NCBI RefSeq assembly: GCF_006345805.1
Contig: NC_042999.1
Location: forward strand, 3,596,001-3,660,000
Direction of reading: 5' to 3'
Source of the DNA: Octopus sinensis
Lineage: Eukaryota
Length of the DNA stretch: 64,000 bases
Shown here: piece after piece, positions 38,188 through 51,464 of the stretch
Layout of the letters: every line of letters starts with the position of its first letter
Position numbering within the stretch: the stretch's first letter is position 1
Translations under genes and position numbers: made by a program
Notes under the pieces: model-generated
Database searches by the model: none
Seen by the model: only the letters and a program-made list of their open reading frames with translations
Told to the model about the DNA's origin: nothing

Positions 38188-38736
38188 ATAGAACTGTATT
38201 TAGTTTATGTGCAGTTAGTCATTGTTTCATCATTGTCATTATTGATTTACTGTCTTCTTTTCCATGCCTGCATGGATCGGACAAGACTACATTATGGCAA
38301 ACATTTCTACTGCCAGACACCCTTTCGGACACCAACTCTTACTTTTATCTGAGCAAGTTATAATCTCCCAGTCTATCGAACAACAGCCCAGACATGGTTA
38401 TGCAGAGAACTGGAAATAGAGAACACCATTTCAATGAATGTTTAGTCCACAAAGGCACAGGAGTGGCTGTGTGGCAAGAAGCTTACTATAAACCTATACT
38501 GCCTCACAGCCATACTCAGCCATGGGAAAAGCTTCAGGAACAAACCTTGGGGGAAGACTCAGGAGTTGAAGTCTCTGAAGCAGTTTAATAACCTTGTTTT
38601 GACAACCCTTGGAATAGTGCTGGTGCCAAATTCTAAGGGCCATACTGTTCCTTCTTGAATCCCTCAGTGACATGGAGAGTAGAAACATGTTGCATAAGAA
38701 ACAACTAGTTCTTCATACAATATTGCCCAGGCTTAA

Positions 38737-39138
38737 GGCAGTGAACTGGCAGAATTGTTAGCATGCAGGGCGAAATGCTTAGCGGTATTTCGTCTGCTGC
38801 TATGTTCTGAGTTCAATTTCTGCTGAGGTTGACTTTGCCTTTCATCTTTTGGGGTTGATTAAATAAGTACCAGTTACGCACTGGGGTCGATATAATCAAC
38901 AATCTGTTTGTCTGTCCTTGTTTGTCCTCTCTGTGTTTGGCCCCTTGTGGGTAGTAAAGAAATAGAAATAGGTATTTCGTCTGCCGTTACGTTCTGAGTT
39001 CAAATTCCGCCAAGGTCGATTTTGCCTTCATCCTTTCGGGTTCGATTAAATAAGTACCAGTTGCACACGGGGATCGATGTAATCAACTTAATCTGTTTGT
39101 CCCCTCTATGTTTGGCCCCTTGTGGGCAATAAAGAATT
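38737..39138 (+). mobile_element. SINE family D dimer
   Basis: Head plus two body units joined at AAATAG|GTATTTCGTCTG. Confidence 0.85.
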
Positions 39139-39348
39139 AAGAAGCTTGCTTCCCAACCACATGGTTCCAGGTTCAGTCCCACTGCATGGTACCTCGAGCA
39201 AGTGTCTTCTACTATAGCTTTGGGTTCACCAAAGCTTTGTGGGTGGATTTGGTAGACAAAAACTGATAGAAACAGAAGCCCGTCGTGTATATATATATAT
39301 AATTGTATTGCCAACCTTCCTGTTTCTAAGCAAAGTGATATTTCCTCA

Positions 39349-39420
39349 TTGTGTTTAGCACTCATTGATATGGAGAAAGCCTTTGAAAGAGTCCCTCACT
39401 CTGTGACATGGTGGTCTCTT
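39349..39420 (+). pseudogene. Short RTE RT fragment
   Basis: CLALIDMEKAFERVPHSVTWWSL vs YLAFVDLEKAFDRVPRSLIWWSM. Confidence 0.7.
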
Positions 39421-39452
39421 GCACACAGTTATACAAATAGCTCTAGCACAAC

Positions 39453-39688
39453 ATTAACTTTCTTGATACCAACCCACCTGAAACTGACCCCTAATTGTAT
39501 GATACTAACTTCCTGCTTTAAAGTGATCTGAATGAAAAATCCCTGTCAAATTTTCATAGTAATTTATATTTGAAAATACCAGCTCAGAAATGCCAAAGTC
39601 ATTGTACTAGATTCTTCATTACAGTAAAAAAGATAATTAAAATAAAAGCATTTGTAATTCAGCAAATATATTGTAATAAAAGGGTTAA
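39453..39688. mobile_element. Old piggyBac-like MITE
   Basis: TTAA at both ends with degenerate CCCTTT/AAAGGG-like termini; related fragments near 2380 and 51128. Confidence 0.5.
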
Positions 39689-41289
39689 AAAGAAAAAAAT
39701 CACTGATGTTTCTGAAAGACCTCAGAATCAATTAATAATGCATTTGTGGAAAGACAAAATCAATATTGCAAAAAAAAGGGAAACAGACAGCTATTTCTAC
39801 TTTTGTTCAATAAAAGTTCTTTACGCCACATCTCCGGTAGGATTTGAACTCAGACCAGTGAAGATTAGAATGCATTAAAACATCCAGTCATGCTCTCAAC
39901 ATCTCCCAAACTATGATCAATAACAAATATTGCTGATATCTAGAAAGATATCTACCTTTATCTTCTTTTTTATTTTTTTTCAGCATCTGATGCGATGAAT
40001 GTTTATTACACACATGTATAAATATGCATGTGTGTGTATGATATTCCAGTAAAACTGTGTTAAAACGCAGAGTACAGCAACAGCATTAAATAGTTGAGGC
40101 AAAAATCAATCATCCTATTTAGCTTAGACTTAAAGCCAAAAATTATTTGTTTTCCTTTTTAATAAAGTGAAAGCCCAGTTTACAAATTTGCAAAGCTTTA
40201 GAAACAAAATCAATTAAATATCTCGTCAGATTAATATCTCTGCAATATTCAGCAGATATTCACACAGTAGAAACATTATTGTCATCTCAGTCGAACATTT
40301 ATCATAACAAACTTAGCAGTGTCACAGACTTCTTGTAAACGGTTAGTACATTAAAACATTTTTTTTTCTTCCAATATCTCTGTGGATTTTTCAATACATT
40401 TTTCTTTTCTTTTCTACCGATTAAACTGAAACTTTTGCATCAAATCTTTCCAATAATTAACAGTATGTGGCACTTTTAAAATTTAATGTCAGGATTAATA
40501 TATCAAATTTTTAAAAAAATTAAAAAATGAAATTATATATTAGTTTGGCTTTATGTGACAGTCAAAGTCAGCCTATAATTCCAATATTTCTGATAAATTA
40601 CATTTTGTATTTCCAGTTAAAATCAAACTTATATTTTCTACTTATGAGAAAAAGGAAATACTGATATAGATTTCCAGTGGATTTTTGTTGGTATTTTTCA
40701 TTTCAAATATGTTTTAGTTTTATCAAACAGAACATCAAAATAATTCCAATCAAAGCAAAAAAAGAAGTGTAGTAGCTGAGAATTTAATAATTATTAAATT
40801 TGGAAGCTATTGGTTAAGAGATTTTAATCATGTCACAAACATATCTGTAGTTCTCTTTAATTTGCTTTTAACCATCACAGCTAAAATTATGCTAGGGTGT
40901 TGCTTCTATCATTCATTTCATCTCTGTTACCATAACAGCATGGCTGAGAGGTAATTTCTGAGGCAGGACTTTTATAGCCGGAAGCACTTTCAATCAGCAG
41001 TCCTTACCTGTTTTTTCAAGTAAGGGAATTTTTTTTTATTCAAGAGGAACTCAGAAGCACAGAGATAGTGGATGGTTTTCCTTGACATGAATTGCCGACA
41101 AACTTCACTGTTTGCAGGCCAACACCAAACAGTGACATCACTATCCATGACTGGAGCTAAGCTTAGTTTTGTAAGCTTATGCCCAAACATACATAAACAC
41201 ACACATACACACACATGCATACACATACACACACACATAGTGTGAATGCAATAAATAATAAGAAATGACTACACAGGAGGAACAAGGTT

Positions 41290-41640
41290 AAATCATCATC
41301 ATCATTATCATCAACATCTGTTTTCCATGCTAGCATGGGTTGGATGGTTCAACCAGGGTCTGGGAAGCCAGGAGGTTGCACCAGGCTCCAGTCTGATCTG
41401 GCAGAGTTTCTACAGCTGGATGCCCTTCCTAATGCCAACCACTCTGTGAGTGTAGAGGGTGCTTTTTACGTGCTACCGGCACATGGGCCAGAGGAGGCTG
41501 GCAACGTCCACAATAAGTTACTGCTTTTTACATGCCACTGGCACAAATGCCAGTCAAGGCAGTGCTGGCATCGGCCACATTCGGATGGTGTTTTTATGTG
41601 CCACCGGCACAGGTATCACAACTACAATTTCCATTTGTAG
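41290..41640 (-). mobile_element. RTE 3' UTR-type repeat
   Basis: Matches the family 3' end. Confidence 0.8.
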
Positions 41641-41951
41641 CTTTTAACATTCTAATGAAAAGAGAAAGTGCCTCAATGCTCCAGACATTAATGTTTCATT
41701 AGAAAAAACAAGAAAAGCTAAGAAAGAATGAGAAAGAAAAACAGTCAGTGAGAGAGAGAGAGAGGAGGAAGAAAACGAAAAGAAATGCATAAAGGGCTGG
41801 AAACCAGAACAAGCTTTTCTCAGTTTTTATCAACCAAAATTCTCTCACAAGACTTTGGTCAGCTCAGGACTATCACAGAACACGTACACCTAAGATGCTC
41901 TGCAGTGGAACTAAACTTGGAGCTATATGGTTAAGAAGTGTCCTTCTAAAT

Positions 41952-42527
41952 CATAGGTTCTCAAAGTGGGTGTTACTGCCCCCTGGTGGGCGCTGGTATC
42001 TAAGGGGGCAGTAGCTTCTAAATATCAAATGATTCATAGTGTATATAAATTAGTAAAATATAAAATTTTTATTTATACACTAGCACTATGACCCGGCAAC
42101 CCTGGGTCATAGTGCTAGTGCATGCATATACAGCTGCATGCGTGCGCACATACATGCGAGTACTGTCCAAATCTCCGACCAATCACATACAGCTAGCTGG
42201 CATTCAATTGGCGTATCAAGTTTTGCGTATTTTGATTGGGTTTTGGATAGAAAATTCACGAAAAAGTCACTTCTATTGATTTTTTAATGGCTTTGCGGGG
42301 TGACTGGGGAAATATAAAGATGTGCACGACCACCCTTGGACGGTTTTGAATGACCGTAGAAAGTGCGAGCCCTCTAACTGAAAGATTGTGGATTTGTATA
42401 AAGGATACACACACACACACAGACAGACATTTTGCCATTTATATAGAGATAAAAATAGGAGTAGGGGCACTGAGGGTATTATGTGGCTAAGAGTGGGGCT
42501 GTGGCCCAAAATGTTTGAGAACCTCTG
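41952..42527. mobile_element. hAT non-autonomous element with 8-bp TSD
   Basis: TIR CATAGGTTCTCAAA / TTTGAGAACCTCTG; TTCTAAAT at 41944-41951 and 42528-42535. Confidence 0.9.
42078..42450 (+). mobile_element. Helitron/Helentron-like non-autonomous element nested in the hAT
   Basis: Starts ACTAG with a 17-bp perfect hairpin; (AC)/(AGAC) tract; ends TTTATATAGAGAT as in Lep1/HINE-type elements. Confidence 0.6.
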
Positions 42528-44627
42528 TTCTAAATGATAAAGCCATGCCTATTTCCCTATATAACATTTGATATATAAAGTTCCTGATTTAGGCACAAAA
42601 CCAACAACATTGAGGGTAAGGTGTTAACTGATATTATCACCCTTAATTTTTGACTGGTACCTCATTTTATTGAGTCTGAAATGCAACAGTGACTTCAGCA
42701 GGATTTGAACTCAGAATATATTATGCTAAAACAAATGCCACTAAGTATTTTAATCATCTCCAACCTAGGTGCAAGGACTCCTATTTTAAAGATGTGTATT
42801 GTTGATTATGGCAATTCCAGTATCTGACAAGTCCTTTATTTAAAGTTCAAAGTAAACAGATTGAAAATGTTGCAATGACTTGAAGTTTTAGTAAATACAG
42901 ATTTATCAAAAAAAAGCACAATGTCTCAGACTAGAATAGATGGGTTGATGGGTATTCAAACCTTTAAAAGGGTCGTTAGTGATATAAGTAGAAATTGTGG
43001 ATGAGTTGTTAAAATGGATGTTTTATTACCAACAAGGGGCCAACAAAGAGGGGACAATACAATCTGATTTTGGGGTCAGATGAGCGAATGATTATACAAA
43101 GAAAGTGACATTAAAAATTTTACAAAAATAAGAAAATATAATAAAATCGAATGGTAGGACAGACCGGAAGACATTACGGATGGAGTGGGGTGGGATTTAA
43201 TCCGGACCCCATGAGCCCTGCCTTTCCACTGATACCTGAGTTACATCCTGTGTCACATTCATGAGGTTCCATCCACACGCAATATCTGTGCTACATTCTC
43301 CCATCGATTTTCAACATTTTCACAGTCAGGCATTTTCTCTCTAGCCCTATTTTCCCTTTAAGGTGAAAGGTGAAGTAATTCACCAAATGAGTTGTTAAAA
43401 TGTCAGCTTTGCAACCATACTGATGCAGTTTCAATCCTACTGCATCGCATCTTGGACAAGTGTCTTCTATCTTAGCCTCAGAATGACCAATGGTTTGTTA
43501 ATGGAATTTGGCAGAAAGAATCAGTATAGAAGTTTGGGGTGGGAGTAAGGTGCAGGTATGGACGTGTGGTTAAGAAGTTTGCTTTACAACCAAGTAGTTT
43601 GGGGTTCCATCCTACTAGGTGTCACATTGGGTAAATATGTTCTGCTATAGTCTCAGGCCAGCCAATGATTTATGAATGAAATTTGATAAATGGAATTGAT
43701 ACAGAAGTATATATTTTGTGTGTGTGTGTGTGTGTGGTGTGTGTGTGTGTGTGTGCGTGTGTATATCCATGCTTTTTATTCAGTTTGTCTACATAACACA
43801 TGTTTGTGTATATTGATGAAATATATATACATCTATGAGAAAATTTCTGATAAACTGAGTATTAAACAAAAGAACTTTGATGCTTATTCAGAGAGTTACA
43901 GATATTATGTCCCTTCCACGGAGAGAAAAAACACTGCCTGGTTCACTGGAAATCTATAACAAATGGTAATATTATTGACAAAATTCAATATAAACACACA
44001 CACACACAAAAAATATTGTAAGGGGTTTAACAAAGGGTTTGTATACAAGTGAGTGTGGAAAACATGTCAGAGATGATTAAATAAAAGAAACAAAAAGTGC
44101 ATCAAGTGTGTTTGGGTAAAAAGACCAATAACCAAAACAATATAGGTATAACAAATCTATTTTTAATTTGTTATCCTTTCACAAACACTTTGATGTTTCA
44201 GTGGTGTTTTTATTCTTTATTCTCTCTCTCTCTCTCTCTCTCCCCCCTTTTTTCCCTCACCTTTGTAACCTTTCAAAATGTTCAGTAAAATATTAGTTAC
44301 ACTCTGTCAACCTAATCAAACAGCCGTACCCCTACATCATCCTTTTTTTTTTTCCTCTGCGAGATGAAAGAATCACCAATATAATGAGAAAATACTGACA
44401 ATGACAAACATTCTTTTGTAATATGTTCCAGCAGATTTGAACAGAAGTATGTTAATCACTGTTGCATTTCACTTTCATAGAATACCTTCAGTTTGATTCT
44501 TCCTGTTTTCACATAAATATAATTTATTATCGATTTCGGTAGACTTCAGCAAATCGTTTGTTTGCTGAATTCTATAAACAAAAGCTACAATTTTATTCTT
44601 GTTTAGGTTGAATGATCAGGGGTTAGC

Positions 44628-44674
44628 TTTGACTGAAGAGATGCAACCAGATTGAAACACCAGTGACTCAAAAT
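44628..44674 (+). ncRNA. Type I hammerhead motif (U16.1 mutated, GAC)
   Basis: TTTTGA CTGAAGA GAT-loop-ATT GAAA CACCAGTG AC TCAAAA. Confidence 0.75.
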
Positions 44675-44764
44675 CCTCTCACAACAATTAATCTGGTGGG
44701 TTTTCAATACTTATTGTCTGAAAAGAGAAGGCATTCTTCAAAGGTAACATACAAGCACAGTTTG

Positions 44765-45180
44765 CATATTCAGTGGCACATAAAAGGGCCCCATTCGAGT
44801 GAGATCGTTACCAGCATCGCCTTACTGGCACTTGTGCCTGTGTTAGTAGGGTGCCAAGAGCACCATCCAAGTGTGATCATTGCCAGAGCAGCCAACTGGC
44901 TTCCATGCCGATGGCATGTAAAAGGGCACCATTTGAGCATGATCGTTACCAACGTCACCTTACTGGCACCTGTGCCAGTGGCATGTGTAAAAAGATTCGA
45001 GCAAGGTCATTGCCAGTACCACCTGACTGAACCCCATGCTGTGGCACCATTCGAGCGTGATCGTTACCAGCGTCGCTTTAATGGCACCTGTGCCGGTGGC
45101 GTGTGTAAAAAAGATTCGAGCAAGGTCATTTCCAGTACCGCCTGACTGGCCCCCATGCCGGTGGCACGTAAAAAGCAAAT
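44765..45180 (+). mobile_element. RTE 3' UTR-type modular repeat fragment
   Basis: Repeated TGGCACCTGTGCC..TGGCA modules. Confidence 0.7.
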
Positions 45181-45671
45181 CTGCCAGTATTAAAAATGAA
45201 CATGTCAACATGAGATATTCAGCAACAGTACTTTGTAGTAAAGATTGTTTGCCAACATAACATGGCAGTCCCGGTCTATATATTTCCAACAGGAATTTGG
45301 CAGCAGTACCTCTAGCTGAACAATTATTTTGTACTAATGAAGGGGAAATAAACTAGAAATTTTGATACAAAGATATTGTTTTGAGCTGAGTGGGGGTGTT
45401 CGATTCCCTTGTTCGAAAATGCAAGGACACAGATCGTGTTGTATAGCCAGCTGGAGACAATGTCTCCTGGGGCTAAATTACAGCAACATTCGTCCTAGAC
45501 CATGTTATGTTGGCAAACAATCTTTATTACATGTCCATCATTGTTTGAATCTCACTTTTCCATATGTATGTGATAATATATTACTAATTTGGCAGGCTTC
45601 AGTATACATCAGCAAGCAATTTATTTGCCAAAGTCCATAAATTCTTGTTTAGTTTCACTGATACAGGAATA

Positions 45672-45720
45672 ACTTTGACTGAAGAGACATGACCAAGTTG
45701 AAACACTGGTGTCTCAAAGT
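45672..45720 (+). ncRNA. Near-intact type I hammerhead ribozyme, canonical core
   Basis: ACTTTGA CTGAAGA GAC-ATGACCAA-GTT GAAA CACTGGTG TC TCAAAGT; 7-bp stem I, GUC triplet 45711-45713. Confidence 0.85.
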
Positions 45721-45894
45721 CTCCAAATGTCAAGGAATGAAGAGTGTTGTCGATGTTGCCAACACAAACCATCTGCAAGGAATAGTTGTTCTCCAAAGGC
45801 AAAATACAACAGTGATTAACAAATTTACATTTAAATCTACCAGACCGCGTTAAAAATGAATGTATACGTGCCAGTGGAATGTAAAAGGTACTAT

Positions 45895-46262
45895 TCAAGT
45901 GTGGTCGATGCCAGTGATGCCTGACTGGTCCCCATACCTATGGCACGTAAAAAGCAACCACTACACTCTTGGAGTGGTTGTCGTTAGGAAGGGCATCCAG
46001 CTGCAGAAATTGTGCCACCATGCTGGTGGCACAATTTAAGTGTGAGTCAATGCCAGTGCCGCCTGACTGGCTCCTTGTGTGAGTGGCACATAAAAAGCAC
46101 CCACTACACTCTCAGAGTGGTTGGCATTAGGAAGGGAATCCAGCTGTAGAAAACTTGCCAGATCAGATTGGAGCCTGGTGAAGCCTCCTGGCTTGCCAGT
46201 TCTCAGTCAAATCATCCAACCCATGCTAGCATGGAAAACGGATGTTAAATGATGATGATGAA
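45895..46262 (+). mobile_element. RTE 3' UTR-type repeats (two partial copies)
   Basis: Family 3' end with (GAT)n. Confidence 0.8.
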
Positions 46263-46525
46263 TAGCCAATGTGAAACTTTTGTTGATTAGTTGACTGATT
46301 TCTCAAGTCACACTTTACATCAGAGAGAGAGAGAGAGAAAGTTAACATAAGAGGTGCAAAAGGAGTGCACATACTAGGCTTGGTGGCAAGCAAAGAGTAA
46401 AAAACTGCTACACACCACACAATGAAAAACCATACAGATAAGAAGCAAAAAGAAAGGGAGAAAATGACAGTAATCATGGAAGGAATTCTACAACAAGAAA
46501 TCTATTTTATCAAATTTTATTTTAA

Positions 46526-47609
46526 CCCTTTCGTTACTATATTTCTGACCAAAATACACCCCTCATGAGTTTCAATTAAATTCTAAAATAATCATGAATC
46601 TAGGCTTGTTTCATTAAATAACTGTAACTTTTTTACTTATCAACATATTAATGTGATATTTGGAACATAATTAAAGAAAGGGTTCTTAATCAATTCTATT
46701 GCATAACTTTTGTCTCAAAGTGACTTTAATTACAGATAAATCCAGGTAAATTGAGCAAAAGGTAAAAATATAAAAATTTTGTTTAAACATCACCATAGAA
46801 AATGAATCATCAGCTAATATTCAAATGGGTATGCAACAAAATTTTGATAAAGAAGAATTGTGCACATCATCACATATCATCAGTTGAATTTAATGCACAA
46901 CAGGTGTACCATAAAGGTGGAATAAAGTGAAATACTGGAATCCACCGTAAGTTTGACCGAACTAAAGAAATCGGTCAAAAAATAATATACGGCCCTGGTT
47001 ATGGTATGGAAGTGATAAATTCCAGACCACATCGTTCCCTAGGCCATGCTGACTAACATTATTTTCCCTGTATAAAAATAAATCCACGCAGTACCAGGAT
47101 TTGCTTCACAAATTTTCCAAAATTTGAACCCCCATTTTGTGTTTGTTACATTCTGCGTAAGTTTGTTTCCGCATTGATCGCTTCAAACAATAACTTCCAG
47201 ACCACATCATACCCTAAGCCATGCTGACTAACATTAGTTTCCCTGTATAAAAACTAAATCCACAACAGTACCCAGTATTTGCTTCACAAATTTTCCAATT
47301 CGGAATCAATGCTTGATAACTTGAAACGCCTATCCGTTTTCAAAGTTGAAGAAAAATCGATGCCGAAAAAAATGTGGAAAAAAAATCTCCCAAAATTCAG
47401 GGAATTAAAATTACACGTCGATCGTTGTACAAAACTGTAGATGAACTGTTTACCAAGTATAATCACGTGTTTTCACGAATGTACTAAAGAGATTTGCTCT
47501 GATATTCTCATTTAAATATGAATAGGTAAATACGGGCGGCTTTGGGCAGTTTGGTCACATTAATCAAAATTTTTTTGGGGCGGCTTTGGGCGGTTTGGTA
47601 ACGAAAGGG
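46526..47609. mobile_element. piggyBac non-autonomous element
   Basis: TTAA|CCCTTTCGTTAC ... GTAACGAAAGGG|TTAA; internal ~177-bp duplication at ~47020-47310. Confidence 0.9.
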
Positions 47610-47784
47610 TTAAGGAGATAAACATTCTTTCAAAAATTAGTATTCTTTTCATAATTTTGTATAAACTCCAAGAGATTTGAATTAAAGTTAAATCATAATT
47701 AATTTATGTATGCTAATTTCCTGACATTACCCACGGTAGCAAAAAATACACTTCCAAAGTTACCCATCATATAATGGACACTCT

Positions 47785-48190
47785 TTTTACTCTTTTACTT
47801 GTTTCAGTCATTTGACTGTGGCCATGCTGGAGCACCGCCTTTAGTCGAGTAAATCGACCCCAGGACTTATTCTTTGTAAGCCTAATACTTATTCTATTGT
47901 TCTCTTTAGCCGAACCGCTAAGTTACGGGGACGTAAACACACCAGCATCGGTTGTCAAGCGATGTTGGGGGAACAAACACAGACATACAAACATATACAC
48001 ATGCACATATATACATATATACGATGGGCTTCTTTCAGTTTCCGTCTACCGAATCCACTCACAAGGCTTTGGTCGACCCGAGGCTTTAGCTATAGTAGAA
48101 GACACTTGCCCAAAGTGCCACACAGTGGGACTGAACCCGGAACCATGTGGTTGGTAAACAAGCTACTTACCACAAAGCCACTCCTACGCC
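47785..48190 (-). mobile_element. SINE family B
   Basis: Matches family B. Confidence 0.85.
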
Positions 48191-48632
48191 TATAAAAGAT
48201 GTTAAACTCTTTTCTATATAGTTTTAGCTAATTCATATGAAAATATTATTCTGGCTGAAAACATTCTGTTTATCAATGAAACATGTTTGTTCATTTGAAT
48301 CAACGTTTAGCACCCACCTGTGCTAAACACTGTTGCAACTGAGTGACTCAGTTACTAGGTAACCAGCTCTAATGGGAAAAGGGTCAACAATTGTATGCCA
48401 TTATTGGTGTGCATTTCATATGACAAAATCAATTATAAAACTGTATTAAATACCTCAGATCAATAGCTTAATGCAGTCATGCTGTCATTATGGTTTTAAG
48501 TCTTATCCTGTTGAGACATGCATTCGGGTTGTGTTAAATAGTTTGAAATGAATTTCAGAAAACATTTTCTGTTCATTTACATCTGAAAGACTACAGTTGA
48601 AGGTCATAAATGTATGATGGAGACCAAATGTA

Positions 48633-48952
48633 TTATATTTTCCAGTGTGACTGGGGGAACGGAAATCACTCAGGGACTCCTGCTGCATGAAAACTTAATA
48701 GTAAAGTGGCTACCATTTACGATTAACAAGAATTTCAATTATATTTTCCAGAGTGACTGGGGGAATCGAAATTACACAGGGACTCCTGCTGCATGAAAAC
48801 TTTATAGTAAAGTGACTACCATTTACGATTAACAAGAATTTCAATTATATTTTCCAGAGTGACTGGGGGAATGGAAATTACTCAGGGACTCCTGCTGCAT
48901 GAAAACTTTATAGTAAAGTGGCTACCATTTACGATTAACAAGAATTTTAATT
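48633..48952. repeat. 3 x 106-bp tandem repeat
   Basis: Units start at 48633, 48739 and 48845. Confidence 0.95.
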
Positions 48953-49653
48953 AATTAGATAGACATCTTTTCTGATGGGAACAATCATTATTGACATAAA
49001 ACTTAGGGATGGGGTTATCACCTAGAATTACCATTGCTCATCTCCTCATTATCCAATCTCTCTCTCTCTCTTTATCCCCCCCTCTGTCTCCCACTTACAC
49101 AAACACATCATCATCATCAAACATGTAGCCGTCATTAACATTTTTTCTTACATTAGGGCCCAACACTGTCATTCCTCCATAAATTCACCTGCATGTGTGT
49201 GTGTGTGTCCCCCAACACTGCTTGTAACGGGTGTGGATAACTTAGCAGTTTGGCAAAAGACACCAATAGGCTTCAGAAAGAAAAGGAAGTACTGGGGTTG
49301 AATCATTCGACTAAATATTCTTGAAGTACCCAGCATGGCCAGAGTCAAATAACTGAAACAATTAAAGGATTAAAGATTAAGATATAGCTTATCCGTTCTT
49401 TCTTTTCTTTGAGTTGGTTCATATCGTGGAACCCTCTGTGGCTCTCGGTGTTATCAAAACACAACGAATTTTTGTTACCTTGGAAACAGGTAATAATCTG
49501 GCAACAGGAAGGGCATCCAGGAGTAGAAAACCTGACTCAATGAATTCCATCTGACTTATGCAAGCATGAAAATGTGGACATTATGATGATGATAATGATG
49601 ATGATGATAAAGGGATCAAAACACTTAGAAGTACTCCTTCCAATATGAAGTTA

Positions 49654-49859
49654 GCCATCCAAGAAATTGGACCTGGAGATCTCCATTTCCAGTGACTTTG
49701 AGGACCACCTCAAAGTGGTGTCGGGCGTCAACGAAGGGCCCTCGACTACAACAAGACGACCAAAGTTTTTTTTTTTTCCCAAGGTCTGGGGTCTCACGTC
49801 CCTAAGCCCTAGACCATCACCTAATCACCCTTACCCGTCTTGTTGCTTAACAACAACAA
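49654..49859 (+). mobile_element. 5'-truncated retroposon with (CAA)n tail and 13-bp TSD
   Basis: CAATATGAAGTTA at 49641-49653 and 49860-49872. Confidence 0.8.
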
Positions 49860-51251
49860 CAATATGAAGTTATGTCAACAGTGTATGCTTGTATGTCATG
49901 AGATTTAACTCTCAATGTCTGTGAGACTCCTATGTTGAAGATGACAAGAAGACTATGGTGGTGATAAATTTTGACTTCCATCTTGAACAAGATGAAGCAA
50001 CTAAACAGAACAAAACAAACAAAAAAAAAAATTCGGAGCACTACACACAGATCATGTAACAGCAAAATATTCATGTTTTAAAACAGATTTAACAACGTGG
50101 AAATGTGAACTAGAAATCGGAAAATGTATTTGCTATATAGTTCGTTTTAGTTCAGTAGAGATTTTGCAATGTGCTACTAGCTTTACTTACACTTTATAGA
50201 TGGGAAAATGCAATTAACAAATTCTGATTGTTTAATTATTTACAAAGTGTCATTTTAAATTATATAAAGTAAGTTCTTTAGGGAGTAAACACAATCTAAT
50301 TTCTTTCTACTGCCTGTTTACAATGAAGTTACCAAATTTGATTTTCCAGACTATGAATCTAATTTTTTTCAGTAGATTAAAAAATATATGAGCATGGCTA
50401 CATATATATATGTGTATGTATGTGTGTGTGTGTGTGTGTGCATGTGTGTAGGATATGTATGCGTGTATGTGCATGTGCACGTGCATTTCATCATATGCAA
50501 GTAGTCTATGTATCAGGGGCTGTTCAATCTAATTAGGTCTTGTGCATGTACATATAGTTTTTCACACCTATAGATGTGTGTGTGCATGTGTGTAGATGTA
50601 TGCATCTGTCTATGTACATATGCATATATACATATCTAATATAAAGTAGTGTGTGTGTGAGTGTATGTGTGTGTGTATGTATGTGTATATGTACATGTAT
50701 GTATGTTTGAGTATGTATGCATGTATATATACAAATCATCACACAGGTATATGCATTTCTCAAATGTACTCTGTTATCCATTTTCAGCTCTGTTGATCAT
50801 GAGAAATTGCATACATGCATGCATGCATGCAGGTAGGTAGGCATACATACATACATGCATGCATGCATGCATGCATACAAACACACACACAGAGGGCTAT
50901 AGATACAAATACATACAAATAAATGCATGTCTTAACTCAACTACGCACACGTTCAACAAAAGCAGGTAGTTAATAGAATCTTAGTGAAAGTAAACAGGTT
51001 TCTGTTGTGGTAACTTTAATGCTTTTTGTCCAGTGTTACTAAAATAAAAGTGACCATCACTCTTGATGACTCCCTTATTTCTTTCACAGCATAAAAACAT
51101 ACAGGCACCAAAGACATTTGCTTTAATTAACCTTTTAATACCAACCCACCTGAGCCTGCCTCTGGTTCTGTGACACTTCATGTTATAAAACAATCTAAAT
51201 TAAAATGTTACATCAAAGTTTTATGTTGTTCCAAACACCAGCAGAAATATT

Positions 51252-51464
51252 CTTTTCTACTCTAGGTACATGGCCCAAAATTTTTGGGGAGGGGGTCAGT
51301 CAATTAGATTGGCCCAGTACACAACTGGTACTTAATTTATCAACCCTGAAAGGATGAAAGGCAAAGTTGACCTCAGCAGAATTTGAACTCAGAACATACA
51401 GACAGACAAAATACTGCTAAGCATTTCACCTGGCGTGCTAACGTTTCTGCCAGCTTGCCGCCTT
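51252..51464 (-). mobile_element. Monomeric SINE family D with 17-bp TSD
   Basis: ACACCAGCAGAAATATT at 51235-51251 and 51465-51481. Confidence 0.9.

Noticed and set aside
39984-40020. Strong acceptor followed by a short frame SDAMNVYYTHV*
   Set aside because: Phase is incompatible with the 37292 candidate and there is no convincing donor
43880-43965. CPFHGEK zinc-finger-like micro-exon
   Set aside because: Weak acceptor, short chance motif, no support
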